This document shows positions 52,840-62,163 of a DNA stretch of 64,000 bases, one piece after another. The notes under the pieces were generated by a model. It did no database searches and had not been told where the DNA came from. It saw only the letters and a program-made list of their open reading frames with translations. The DNA is taken from IMG/VR virus record IMGVR_UViG_3300039412_000320, one strand, 5' to 3'. The translations under genes were made by a program, and so were the position numbers. This DNA comes from a virus. How positions within the stretch are numbered: the stretch's first letter is position 1; each line of letters opens with the position of its first letter.

Positions 52840-52914
52840 AGATTCTAATGTAAATTTTTGGTGCAGATAGAGTCTCCAAATCTACGCTATGCAACTCATA
52901 TATTGGAGGATTGT

Positions 52915-53259
52915 ATGGCGACAGAAGCTTGGAAAACATCTCATCAAGAAGAAATGAAAGCATACAGGAGAAAACATTATCAAAATCACAAAGAGCCATA
53001 TCTTATCCGAGCAAAGAACCAAAGGAAAGAAATTAGAGATTGGTTCAAGGAGTTCAAACGCTCTCTAAAATGTGCTCGTTGCCCGGAAAATCATCCTGCA
53101 TGTTTAGATTTTCATCATAGAGATTCAAGCAAAAAAGACATGTCAATAAGGCAAGCTGTGAACCAAGGTTGGGGAAAGAAACGAATCCTTGCTGAGATAA
53201 GAAAATGCGAAATACTATGCTCTAACTGTCACAGGAAGGAGCACCATCCTGAAATTTAA
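52915..53259 (+). CDS. HNH homing endonuclease
   Basis: CLDFHHRDSSKKDMS..LCSNCHRKEH. SD ggagga before the ATG at 52915. Confidence 0.6.
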   Translation: MATEAWKTSHQEEMKAYRRKHYQNHKEPYLIRAKNQRKEIRDWFKEFKRSLKCARCPENHPACLDFHHRDSSKKDMSIRQAVNQGWGKKRILAEIRKCEILCSNCHRKEHHPEI

Positions 53260-53269
53260 TTATTCGTTT

Positions 53270-53880
53270 GTTTCTCAATCTCTGTGGTATTACCAAGAAT
53301 GGCGTGCAAGGTCCCGTAGGGTCGGCAAGACTGATGGGAACGGTTGTCGTGGCAGAAATCGGGATACCGTGCCTGCACAAGCGGCTTCCGGGCGACGAGG
53401 GGGACCGGTCATTAACCCCGTAGAAAGCGAAGCCAAACCGCCAGTACGCTGGCTGCACGCCGTTGGGTTTAAGTTGGTGCTCCTGACCGACCTAAGTCTC
53501 TGGTGAGTTGACATAACCGGGGGCGATGTCTTAAGGGCGTGGTCACAGGGGCGCTGTTCGGGCGGGGTGAGAGCGTTAGGACAACGCAGTGGGCCTCGGG
53601 GTGAGACACCATAAGAAACCCGACCACATCAACCCGTATGGTGTACGGCAATGAGACCGGCCAATTCGATGGATATGAACCTGAGAGAAGACCGGTTACA
53701 CCCCGCCCAAACCCTAAAAGCTTGACTCGCCGCCTAGTCCTATGGGCGGATACCGGAGTGCGAAGAGCGATGGACGGCTATAGGGGTCGTGCGCAGGCTT
53801 ACCGGCAATTAGCCATCGATCACATTCGGTGTGGCAACGAGCGAGGATTAACGGTTTTCCGAATCTTAGATAAGGAGGCT
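53270..53880 (+). other. ~600-nt GC-rich non-coding region (candidate structured RNA), unclassified
   Basis: Only short overlapping low-complexity ORFs on both strands. The strong SD for the HNH gene lies at its 3' end. Confidence 0.3.
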
Positions 53881-53882
53881 CT

Positions 53883-54434
53883 ATGGGATACGCTGACGTA
53901 CTTGTACTAGACATGAACTGGATACCCGTGGGCTTCATGGGCTGGCAGAACGCCGTCAAGCTCTGGTTCGAGGACCGTGCCAAGATTGTCAAGGAGGACG
54001 AGGGCGGGAAGGTCCTGCACTCACCGTCCTTTGAAATGGGCATGCCAAGGGTGATAGTCGTTCGCAACGCTTGGCATCGCCGTAAGAAGCAGTCCGTCCC
54101 CTGCACCCGGCGCAACCTGTTAGTGCGTGACAATGCAACATGCCAGTACTGCGGCAAGGTGGTCCACACCTCGGAATACACGATTGACCACGTCATCCCG
54201 CTTTGCCAGAAGGGCAAGTCCGACTGGGACAACCTTGCCATCGCCTGTATGCCGTGCAACAAGGAAAAGGCCGGACGTACCCCGGCGCAGGCGGGCATGA
54301 CCTTGCTCAGCAAGCCCTATACGCCGAAGCCCACGGACCCCCGCTTCAACTTCAAGCTGCATATCAGCAAGATAAGGAACGAGTGGAAAGATTACGCACC
54401 GTACCTATACTGGAATGTTGTACTTGATAAATGA
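53883..54434 (+). CDS. HNH endonuclease
   Basis: CQYCGKVVHTSEYTIDHVIPLCQKGKSDWDNLAIACMPCNKEK. SD aaggagg. Confidence 0.65.
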   Translation: MGYADVLVLDMNWIPVGFMGWQNAVKLWFEDRAKIVKEDEGGKVLHSPSFEMGMPRVIVVRNAWHRRKKQSVPCTRRNLLVRDNATCQYCGKVVHTSEYTIDHVIPLCQKGKSDWDNLAIACMPCNKEKAGRTPAQAGMTLLSKPYTPKPTDPRFNFKLHISKIRNEWKDYAPYLYWNVVLDK

Positions 54435-54467
54435 ACTACTTACCCCATTCATTGAAGGAGAGTTTAA

Positions 54468-55265
54468 GTGGAGCCATATGGGGAAGTATACATTATCGTA
54501 AACCAAGTCAACAACAAGGTATATATCGGGCAAACCATAAGAACCCTGCACGAGCGATGGCTGGCTCATTGTAGGAGAGCCAAAGCGGGTGGGACAAATT
54601 GTGCATACTTCTATAATGCCATCCGAAAATATGGAGAAGGTAGCTTCAAAGCCTATCGTATAAATGTTGCCTTCTCCAAAGAAGAATTGGATACCCTTGA
54701 GGTCTCCTATATTGAAAAGTTTAAGGCGTGCGACCCTGAATATGGATACAACTCAACTCTTGGAGGCGGAGGGGTAGTTGCGAATGAGGCTACTCGTCAA
54801 AAATTCAAAGAGGCGAACAAAGGCGAAAGAAATCCAATGTTTGGTAAGCATTGTTCAGAGCAGACTAGACAAAGGATGAGTGCCTCCCAAAGGGGACACT
54901 CAGTCCCAGAAAGCACTAGAAAGGCTGTTGCAGAATCAAACAGGAGAAGAGCTGGAAAACCACAAGCTCCCCACAAGTCTGGCTGGAAACACTCCGATAC
55001 CAGTAAGCAAAAAATGCGGGAAGCATTAAAAGGAAGAACCTCGGCTTGGAATAAAGGCAAAAAAATGCCAGAAGGCTTTGGTGAAAAAATAGCCAAGGCA
55101 AAGCGTGGGAAACCACGACCGGTGCATGTAATAGCAGCCTTGAGGGAAGCTAATAGAAAAAGACCACCTGTGCGCTGGTTATGTAAAGATGGCGTAGCAA
55201 TCAAAATTGCGGCATCCGAAGTTATTAACCGCCTCTGTGATGGTTGGAGGCTAGGAAGGAAATAA
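54468..55265 (+). CDS. GIY-YIG homing endonuclease with NUMOD-like repeats
   Basis: EVYIIVNQVNNKVYIGQTIRTLHERWLAH. Repeated R(N/H)P..GK and SGWKHSDTSKQKMREA motifs. Upstream ataaatgaact motif. Confidence 0.7.
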   Translation: MEPYGEVYIIVNQVNNKVYIGQTIRTLHERWLAHCRRAKAGGTNCAYFYNAIRKYGEGSFKAYRINVAFSKEELDTLEVSYIEKFKACDPEYGYNSTLGGGGVVANEATRQKFKEANKGERNPMFGKHCSEQTRQRMSASQRGHSVPESTRKAVAESNRRRAGKPQAPHKSGWKHSDTSKQKMREALKGRTSAWNKGKKMPEGFGEKIAKAKRGKPRPVHVIAALREANRKRPPVRWLCKDGVAIKIAASEVINRLCDGWRLGRK

Positions 55266-55674
55266 ACAAGTTTACGCCCCCGTGAGCGGAGATGGACATC
55301 GCAACAGTTTCCTAAACTGTCTATGCCGAAAGGCATCGCAGGTTCGAGTCCTGCCGGGGGTACCAAATTTACGGGGGAATCGTCTAACGCAAAAGGCACC
55401 CGTCTTCTAAACGGGCAATCCGGGTTGGACTCCCGGTTCCCCTTCCAATTCCCAAGGAACACCATATGCTGCTCGATTGCGATAAGCGAAACGTGAGGGT
55501 CGTAGCCTCCTTGAACGATGCCAAGGGGCACTCGGAGAACCTCGGGCGTGTCGTATGGGCGCAGGTAGACGACCGCCCGGAGTGGCTGTACAAGGTCTAC
55601 CCTGGAGGGCGGGTAATCCAGTACCCCGTGGCGAAGACCTGGACGAAGGGTCGCCCGGAGGGATTGGAGACCGC

Positions 55675-56064
55675 ATGAGGATTCTTTGCTGCTACTACGG
55701 TGGAAACAGCAGGTCGGTATCGTTGGCTATGCTGCTAAAGCTGAACCATGGTCAGCGAGACGTTCTATCAGTAGGATTGGGATACACCTCCGAGGCTACC
55801 AAGCGAGTGCTGTTCGATTGGTCGGATGTTATTGTTATTGTCGGGGAACGCTTCCTCTTTGACCTTGTACCGGGAGACCAGCAACGTAAGATTGTTTGGG
55901 TCAACATTGGACCGGACAGGTGGTACAATCCAACCCATCCCGAACTCGTGGGGAAGTTGCTTAAAGTTCTGGATTTTTGGGGAAAAAACGGAGCCATTCT
56001 ATTTTATACCGACCCCGAGCTTCCCCCGGAGTTGCTGGACATCAAAACCAACCCATGTCCATAG
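55675..56064 (+). CDS. hypothetical protein (CCYYGGNSRS motif, weak LMW-PTP/ArsC-like resemblance)
   Basis: ORF from MRILCC. Confidence 0.35.
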   Translation: MRILCCYYGGNSRSVSLAMLLKLNHGQRDVLSVGLGYTSEATKRVLFDWSDVIVIVGERFLFDLVPGDQQRKIVWVNIGPDRWYNPTHPELVGKLLKVLDFWGKNGAILFYTDPELPPELLDIKTNPCP

Positions 56065-56492
56065 GGAGTTCCAAGTTTGCAGCAGAAGACTGGAGAGCCA
56101 TGAGCAAAAAGAAGGACGCTGAGTCGGAGCACAGGGTACTGGTTTCATTCTTTTGGGATGAAGAACGGATGGGCGATGTTGAAGGCTTGTTCGTCACCAC
56201 CAAGGAAAAAATCGAGAAGTCCCTCGGCAAGGAAGTTTACTTCGGGGAAATTCTCGGCAAGCATTCGGAAATTTTTGGGACGCTGAAAAAGGAAGACTTC
56301 ACAGTGAAGTCCGACGACCCGGCGTTCATTGACAAGTTGGTCGAAATCATCGGGGCCGAAACCATCTCTGGATACAACCCGTTCGATTACCTTGAAGAAG
56401 AACCGGAACTGGACGAGGGATTCATCACAGTAACGGGAACTCTCCCACTCATTTCCTACTACGTCTTAGACATTGAATTTGTAGAGCTATAA
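56055..56492 (+). CDS. hypothetical protein
   Basis: ORF from MSIGSS. Confidence 0.4.
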   Translation: MSIGSSKFAAEDWRAMSKKKDAESEHRVLVSFFWDEERMGDVEGLFVTTKEKIEKSLGKEVYFGEILGKHSEIFGTLKKEDFTVKSDDPAFIDKLVEIIGAETISGYNPFDYLEEEPELDEGFITVTGTLPLISYYVLDIEFVEL

Positions 56493-56505
56493 CGCCAAGC
56501 TGAAA

Positions 56506-56527
56506 CCCCGGAGGCTGCCCTCCGGGG
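56506..56527. terminator. Terminator-like hairpin between convergent genes
   Basis: ccccggagg-ctgc-cctccgggg (9-bp stem). Weak U-tract. Confidence 0.35.
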
Positions 56528-56534
56528 ATGTCAG

Positions 56535-56843
56535 TTACGCATTGTTGAGGCGGTCCTCGAAGTCAGCCCGGCGTGCGTCAAGCTCTTCCTGCCGCTCGTT
56601 CAGTTCCGCCTGCTCAGCGTCAATCTCCGCCTGCTCGGCTTCGATTTCATCCTCTTCTTCGGCGAACTCTTCGGTCTCTCCATCCACTTCCACGTCGGCG
56701 GAGACTTCACCGTCTTCGGCTACTTCTTCAACCTCGGCAACCTCTTCACCTTCGGTCACCTCATCCAACTCCTCCAGTTCAGCATCACTCATGACCGTCA
56801 TGGTGCCTTCCCAGAGGTCTACCTCTATCATAATTGAAGCCAT
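56535..56843 (-). CDS. Highly acidic protein (DNA-mimic candidate)
   Basis: About 45 percent Asp/Glu: EVAEVEEVAEDGEVSADVEVDGETEEFAEEEDEIEAEQAEIDAEQAELNERQEELDARRADFEDRL. Confidence 0.5.
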   Translation of the reverse strand: MASIMIEVDLWEGTMTVMSDAELEELDEVTEGEEVAEVEEVAEDGEVSADVEVDGETEEFAEEEDEIEAEQAEIDAEQAELNERQEELDARRADFEDRLNNA

Positions 56844-56952
56844 AATTCCTCCTGTGGTTTGAATTAGAGGATAGGGACCGCATCCTCTGGCGGATTCACT
56901 AAAGGGGTGGGTAGTTGTTAATTTTGGTGTAAAGAAAACCGGCTAATTTTCA

Positions 56953-57240
56953 TCAGAATTTAACCGGCCAATCTTGCATAATAGGGGTGGGAAATTTCCA
57001 ACCGGTTAGGATAGGCTGGGTCTGTTTTTGCTGCCCACATCCGCACTCTTCACATATCGCCGGGCGCTTGCGATTGTCCCGGCAAAGCCAAATCCACACG
57101 CCATTTTCGTACAGTACCTCATGCTCACACTGATAGCATCCCCGGCAGCGGGAACACCGGTACAATTTCCATCCGCATTGCCAGCAGGTTACGTCATGTA
57201 CCGGACAATTCTCTCGGGACATCGGGTCTCCAAAATACAC
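56953..57240 (-). CDS. Cys-rich small protein
   Basis: CPVHDVTCWQCGWKLYRCSRCRGCYQCEHE. Confidence 0.35.
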   Translation of the reverse strand: MYFGDPMSRENCPVHDVTCWQCGWKLYRCSRCRGCYQCEHEVLYENGVWIWLCRDNRKRPAICEECGCGQQKQTQPILTGWKFPTPIMQDWPVKF

Positions 57241-57763
57241 ACAGGTTGTCGGTCATGGGTTGGTAGGACGAACAGCACTCGGGGCGGTTCTCATAGATGG
57301 AGCATCGGCCCTCGGGGGTAATCTTGGGGCAGTAGTACCAAAGCTTCACAATTTCCCCCTCCTTGGATTGAAACTCCTCCTCTATCCCTCCCACCTTAAA
57401 AGGCATCCCGGCAGCGGTCAGCATCGCCTGCCCATCTTCAAACATGGAAACTTTCCAGAAAGTCTCGGGGATGACCGGGTCTTTCTCATGGAAAGGCAGG
57501 CAAAACCTGCGACAACAAGCTCCCGGTTCCGGGCAGATGGAACACAGCCAACTACTCTTTTCGATTTTTGCGAGCGCTGCTGGCACGTTGCTTCGCCTCC
57601 CACAGCAAGTTGAAATACTCCCCATGCTGGGGGATGTGTTCACTCTTCTCCAGCCCCAGCGCCTCCCACATCCGGTCCACGCACAGACCGCAGATGACTG
57701 TGGCACTCTCACCAACAAGAAATCCGTCCCGCTTGTCCTCTTTCGATTGAACAATCTTGACAT
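57194..57763 (-). CDS. YkgJ-family (CxxCxxCC) Fe-S/zinc cluster protein-like
   Basis: YYCPKITPEGRCSIYENRPECC. Confidence 0.4.
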   Translation of the reverse strand: MSRLFNRKRTSGTDFLLVRVPQSSAVCAWTGCGRRWGWRRVNTSPSMGSISTCCGRRSNVPAALAKIEKSSWLCSICPEPGACCRRFCLPFHEKDPVIPETFWKVSMFEDGQAMLTAAGMPFKVGGIEEEFQSKEGEIVKLWYYCPKITPEGRCSIYENRPECCSSYQPMTDNLCVFWRPDVPRELSGT

Positions 57764-58033
57764 CGCCGAAATGGCTGCGGCAATCGAGGGCGGCTCGTAT
57801 CACGTCCAGCAGCTTATACTGTGACGCTGGCTTTCCTACCAGCTTTGGTTTTTTTACCGGTGCTGATTTCCGCATTCTGTGCCTCCCGTAACGAAATGGC
57901 GTTGGACTTCGCCGTGGATATGCCCGTCAAGGCGTACTCTCGGCTGGTGGGGTCAAGGTGATTTTCCTTGGCGTAACCCTCCACTATAAAATACTCTACA
58001 AACAAAATATACGTTGACTATGACTTTCATATA

Positions 58034-58630
58034 GTGGGGGTGATTATGCCTGACGTAATTTGTAGTGGTTGCAACAAAACGTTTTCAAAGTCTGAAAATC
58101 GGATACAAACGTGGTTAAAACGTAGGAATCAGAGGCACTTTTGCAGTAAAAAATGTCGGCGGGAATTAACTGTAAAGACCCACACAGTGGGGTGTTCCGT
58201 ATGCAAAAACTACTTCATCAAGGTCGGGATGCCAACTGATAGGATAAAAAACCACTATTGCCCCAACTGTCGAGGTAAAGTTGAATTTAAGTGTTGCATC
58301 TGTGGGAAATCATATAAACGATATAAATCGGCCATTCGTTTCCGAAAAAGAAAGAAGAACTATTGTTCAAAACAGTGCAAAAATGTTGGACAACGCATGG
58401 ATTGGGGTGTCATTACTAATCGAGCTAGTCTTAGATTAAAGTGGGTTCGTCAGTTCGGCAAGGCTGCCCTTATTTGTGTTCGATGTAAGTATGACAAACC
58501 CTATAATATCGAACTTCACCACAAAATTTATGTTGTAGATGGGGGAAGTAACAATCCCGATAACCTAGAACCACTATGTAAAAATTGCCATGGAGAAGAA
58601 CACTACAAAGTCAAGCCGGACGATGATTGA
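58034..58630 (+). CDS. HNH homing endonuclease with Zn fingers
   Basis: IELHHKIYVVDGGSNNPDNLEPLCKNCHGEEH. Confidence 0.6.
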   Translation: MGVIMPDVICSGCNKTFSKSENRIQTWLKRRNQRHFCSKKCRRELTVKTHTVGCSVCKNYFIKVGMPTDRIKNHYCPNCRGKVEFKCCICGKSYKRYKSAIRFRKRKKNYCSKQCKNVGQRMDWGVITNRASLRLKWVRQFGKAALICVRCKYDKPYNIELHHKIYVVDGGSNNPDNLEPLCKNCHGEEHYKVKPDDD

Positions 58631-58681
58631 CGGCTGTATAAATAATACACAAAAATTGGAAAAATCCCAGTATTATTCTTT

Positions 58682-59740
58682 ATGAAACTTACTCCCGTGA
58701 TGGTTCACCGGTCGGACTTCGACACCGACCAGATTATCCACGCCCGGTGGGACCGGCTATTTGAGTTCGAGTCATTGACATGGGATGCTGAATTCCTCGC
58801 CATGGGTTACCACCACCCGCATCAACCCGGAGAAATGCCGGGGTACGCCAGCGGCGTGGTTCTGGGACTAAGCACTATTTTCACCGACATTCCTAAGAAA
58901 TTTCCCATCAAAGACCTTCTCACCCTTCTGCAAGAAAAAGCGCAATCCTGCTGCATGGAAGAAGTGGAGCAACGTCTCACCTTAATGGCAAGACGTTGTT
59001 CTCAGCTTGATTGTGCGGGGGATAGCCCGAACCCCACAGATGAGGAGAAGAAAACGGCGGAGTTAGCCGATAATATGATAGACCACTTGAGTCTCATCGA
59101 AGCTACCGAACGTGCCTGCGGGGAAACCACCCTCGTGGATGCACTGGCGTGGATTTGCGTCTGGGAGAGCGAGCGGGCTATCCGGCAAGCATTCGATAGC
59201 TGCCGTGCATCAGGCAACACTGTAGTCAACTTCGAGACGGCAACGTGGGAGACCTGCTTTAAGGTATGCATCAAGGCGGTAATGGAAGAGTGGGACAAAC
59301 GACACCCCAAGAAGAGATGGGGACCGAATGCAACACAGGAAACCCCGGAGGAGCGGCTTACCCGTCTGGAGGGCAAGGTACACGAGTTGGAAAAGGTCCA
59401 CCCGGATTTGAATGCTTTGGCATCCAAGGTGGACAAGAGCAGTGCCGAAATGGGTCGTCTCCGGGTCCTCGTTGGCGAGAAGTTGCCGGGTTTGGAGGAT
59501 ATCAGGGACCAATGCCGCCACGCACACGCTGTAGGTAAAGAAGAAGTGACGGGAGTAAGACGGCTCGCTGACGCCTGTGCCACAAGGCTGGAATTAAATC
59601 ACGTAAGAGACAAGATAACTTCCGTACTCAAAGAGTTGGGATGGACCATCGCATGGGACGAGGATGGACAACCAATATGGAACGGAAGTAGAGAGAGGCA
59701 TAATGGACCGGTCGATTCAAAAATTATTGGGTATAGCTGA
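58682..59740 (+). CDS. hypothetical protein
   Basis: 352-aa ORF. Confidence 0.45.
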   Translation: MKLTPVMVHRSDFDTDQIIHARWDRLFEFESLTWDAEFLAMGYHHPHQPGEMPGYASGVVLGLSTIFTDIPKKFPIKDLLTLLQEKAQSCCMEEVEQRLTLMARRCSQLDCAGDSPNPTDEEKKTAELADNMIDHLSLIEATERACGETTLVDALAWICVWESERAIRQAFDSCRASGNTVVNFETATWETCFKVCIKAVMEEWDKRHPKKRWGPNATQETPEERLTRLEGKVHELEKVHPDLNALASKVDKSSAEMGRLRVLVGEKLPGLEDIRDQCRHAHAVGKEEVTGVRRLADACATRLELNHVRDKITSVLKELGWTIAWDEDGQPIWNGSRERHNGPVDSKIIGYS

Positions 59741-61217
59741 TGATGCCAAGCGCATCTATCGTTTCATCGAAGGTGATGTGCAGAAAGAAGAGTACCAGTA
59801 CTGCCAGATGTTGGACCAACTGGTATTTGGCGACAAGGGCTACGTGGATACCCTCGGACAGACGTGGGAGATGATTCACGACCCTCGTTTCCAGAAGATT
59901 GAGAACCTGTTCCTCACCGAGCGCAAAGCAGTATTCGGCGGCAACGCCAGCATTGGACGCCAGTACATGACAGCGGATGGTATCTTCGTATCCATCACCA
60001 CGGCGGACTTGGAAGAATACACGGAAATCCTTGGGGAAGGCCGGTATTTCCATACCATCATTGCCCACCCCAACGAAACCTGCCCCGTGCGTCTATGGAA
60101 TTTCCGGCTCTACCCGGATATGCTCGCCGCCAACAAGTGGGAAGTCCCGAAGCCCGAACCAGACCTGAAATGCACCTGTAGCGAGAAACAAGAGGGTCTG
60201 GTCATCAACGCCGACTCTCAATTGGTAGCATGGGTCAAGGACCCCCGGCAGCTTAAAGATGCCTCCGACGACTTCCTGTGGGCGTTCATTAGACGGGAAT
60301 GCCCCAACTACTTCTCACAGGGAGGCAGCCCCAATCCATTGGCAAGACGGTTATTCGACTTGTTCCGGGCGGACCTCTTGGGGCTTATCGCCGACTACAC
60401 ACCCACGCCATTAGTGGACGCCTTCATCGAACTCGAAACCGGGGATATAACCACCGGGGCTACAGAGGATGAAAAACCCAAGGTCTTCCTCGAAGCCGAC
60501 ATCTTGGAGAAGGCGCTGACTTACCGGGCAACCATGCGAGCCACGGCGGCAAAGATTTTGAAGCAGGTGGGAATCGTGGCACAACTGCGGTCACTACCTG
60601 ACCCCCGGCTCACCGATTTTGAACGGGACCACATGCTCCGCATGGTCTATCAGTCTGACTGGCCTGACGAGAAGGTCCCTCTGGTCATGAATTTGATGAC
60701 CTATTTAAGCGGCGTAACAAGAAGGCCCTATGAGGACCGGTTAAGGGAACAACTTGCTCGTGCCTCCGAGGATGCGCTCGAAGACTGCCGGGACCTGCAA
60801 TCCGGCAAGCTCGAACCTATCAATCAAGAAACCGAACCGGCTGTGGAAACCGACCTTGACCCCCACGCCGCTGTATTGGAGTCCATCCTCCGCAACCCCA
60901 TCAAGGCGGAACTGTTTCTTATTTGGGTAGGGGCGGAAGAACGGGGAGAGAATGGTAAGACCGAGGAAGAGAAACTCAACATGCGCCGGTTGAACTCCAT
61001 CCTCACTCCCATGTTCACGGACCCGGAGTTCGAGTTGGACGAAAAGAAGTACTGGGAATACATGGACCAAGCCAACCGGCTCGGCTACTATGGTAAACCC
61101 ACTGTGCAGGTTGTCAAGGAGACGGTCCTCGGCGGCGGCAAACCCGGTGACCCTTGTCTCCTCAAGGAAGTCTACGAGCAAAAGAAGAAAGACGAACCCA
61201 CCGAGGAGGCAAAATGA
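59703..61217 (+). CDS. hypothetical protein (~505 aa)
   Basis: Long ORF; start ambiguous (59664 or 59703). Confidence 0.45.
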   Translation: MDRSIQKLLGIADDAKRIYRFIEGDVQKEEYQYCQMLDQLVFGDKGYVDTLGQTWEMIHDPRFQKIENLFLTERKAVFGGNASIGRQYMTADGIFVSITTADLEEYTEILGEGRYFHTIIAHPNETCPVRLWNFRLYPDMLAANKWEVPKPEPDLKCTCSEKQEGLVINADSQLVAWVKDPRQLKDASDDFLWAFIRRECPNYFSQGGSPNPLARRLFDLFRADLLGLIADYTPTPLVDAFIELETGDITTGATEDEKPKVFLEADILEKALTYRATMRATAAKILKQVGIVAQLRSLPDPRLTDFERDHMLRMVYQSDWPDEKVPLVMNLMTYLSGVTRRPYEDRLREQLARASEDALEDCRDLQSGKLEPINQETEPAVETDLDPHAAVLESILRNPIKAELFLIWVGAEERGENGKTEEEKLNMRRLNSILTPMFTDPEFELDEKKYWEYMDQANRLGYYGKPTVQVVKETVLGGGKPGDPCLLKEVYEQKKKDEPTEEAK

Positions 61218-61480
61218 GGGAAGTAGGTATACGGGTAGGAGCAATTTGCAGTGGTGATGAAAAGACCAAAATCCTGAAATTTTTCGGGTACGGCGTGTAC
61301 GAGGGAGACTTCGTTCCCCCAGCCGGGGCCGGGGGTTTTGCTCAGATGTGCCACGAGGCCGAAGTCACCAACCCCCGCATCAAGCTAGACAATGGAAACA
61401 CCGTGTGGGGCGGCGAATGCTGGTGGGGACCGGAAGAGCAAATCAAGAAGAAGGTCGATGCCTGCATTGCCGCTGGATAG
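61214..61480 (+). CDS. small hypothetical protein
   Basis: ATGA overlap with the previous gene. Confidence 0.35.
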   Translation: MREVGIRVGAICSGDEKTKILKFFGYGVYEGDFVPPAGAGGFAQMCHEAEVTNPRIKLDNGNTVWGGECWWGPEEQIKKKVDACIAAG

Positions 61481-61548
61481 AAAATTGAGGAAGTCGGCAT
61501 TAAGAAGCTGCGGACCGCCGAGAAGAAAGCAAAGAAAGCGAGAAAATA

Positions 61549-61914
61549 ATGGCAATCGTTCAGTACGAGCATCACGGAGTAAAGGTGTTTGTGGAAGACC
61601 GGCTCAAGGGAACGCACCGGGGCAACTGTCTGTGCTTCAAGTGCGCCTCCTTCAAGCCGGGGACCCCGGAAAACTGCCCCAAGGAGCAGGAGCTTTATGA
61701 ATACTGTGTCAAGCATGGCATGACCACGCCGGTCTATGAGTGCCCGGTGTTCGTGGAAATCAAGCCGGAAATAAAGAGGGTGGAAAAATTCCCGGATTGT
61801 CAGTATTGTCAAATGGGTGTGGAACACACCCACAGCAAGACCACCAAATCATCGGCGGTTGCAACCCAGCCGCTCATCAACGTAAAGGCCACTGCTTACA
61901 AAGAGCAGAGCTAG
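61549..61914 (+). CDS. Cys-rich hypothetical protein
   Basis: 121 aa with multiple Cys pairs. Confidence 0.4.
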   Translation: MAIVQYEHHGVKVFVEDRLKGTHRGNCLCFKCASFKPGTPENCPKEQELYEYCVKHGMTTPVYECPVFVEIKPEIKRVEKFPDCQYCQMGVEHTHSKTTKSSAVATQPLINVKATAYKEQS

Positions 61915-62163
61915 GAGACCACCCTGGCGATTGTAGCCGCTCCCGAGGGAGCAGTAGTTCAAGACGGCGACGGCATGGGCGTACCCTTGACCGAGGATAC
62001 GTCGTAGTTTGTTACGGACAGCCCAATGCTCATCGCAGTAGAACCAGAGTTGTCCCCAACCCTGTAGAGGAAACCAGTTTCCCTCTATGTTATAGGCGGG
62101 CTTGCCACAGATTTTTCCCTTAATAAAAAGCCCGCACTTTCTGTTCTTGGCTACAGGCACAGG

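Noticed and set aside
53270-53880. Possible RNase P RNA, tmRNA or group I intron
   Set aside because: Fragments resembling GGTAAGAGCG and ACAGAACCCGGC occur in the wrong order for RNase P RNA. No tmRNA tag ORF or tRNA-like 3' end is present, and no interrupted host gene for an intron. It is left unclassified.
53638-53910. 90-aa ORF upstream of the HNH gene at 53883
   Set aside because: Different frame from the HNH gene, which has its own strong SD and a family-typical MGYADV start. It lies in the GC-rich non-coding segment.
55675-56064. Low-molecular-weight protein tyrosine phosphatase call
   Set aside because: CCYYGGNSRS gives CX6R rather than the CX5R P-loop; insufficient to call.
56542-56862. 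106-aa Ser/Ala-rich plus-strand ORF
   Set aside because: Antisense shadow of the acidic protein gene's GAG/GAA-rich codons.
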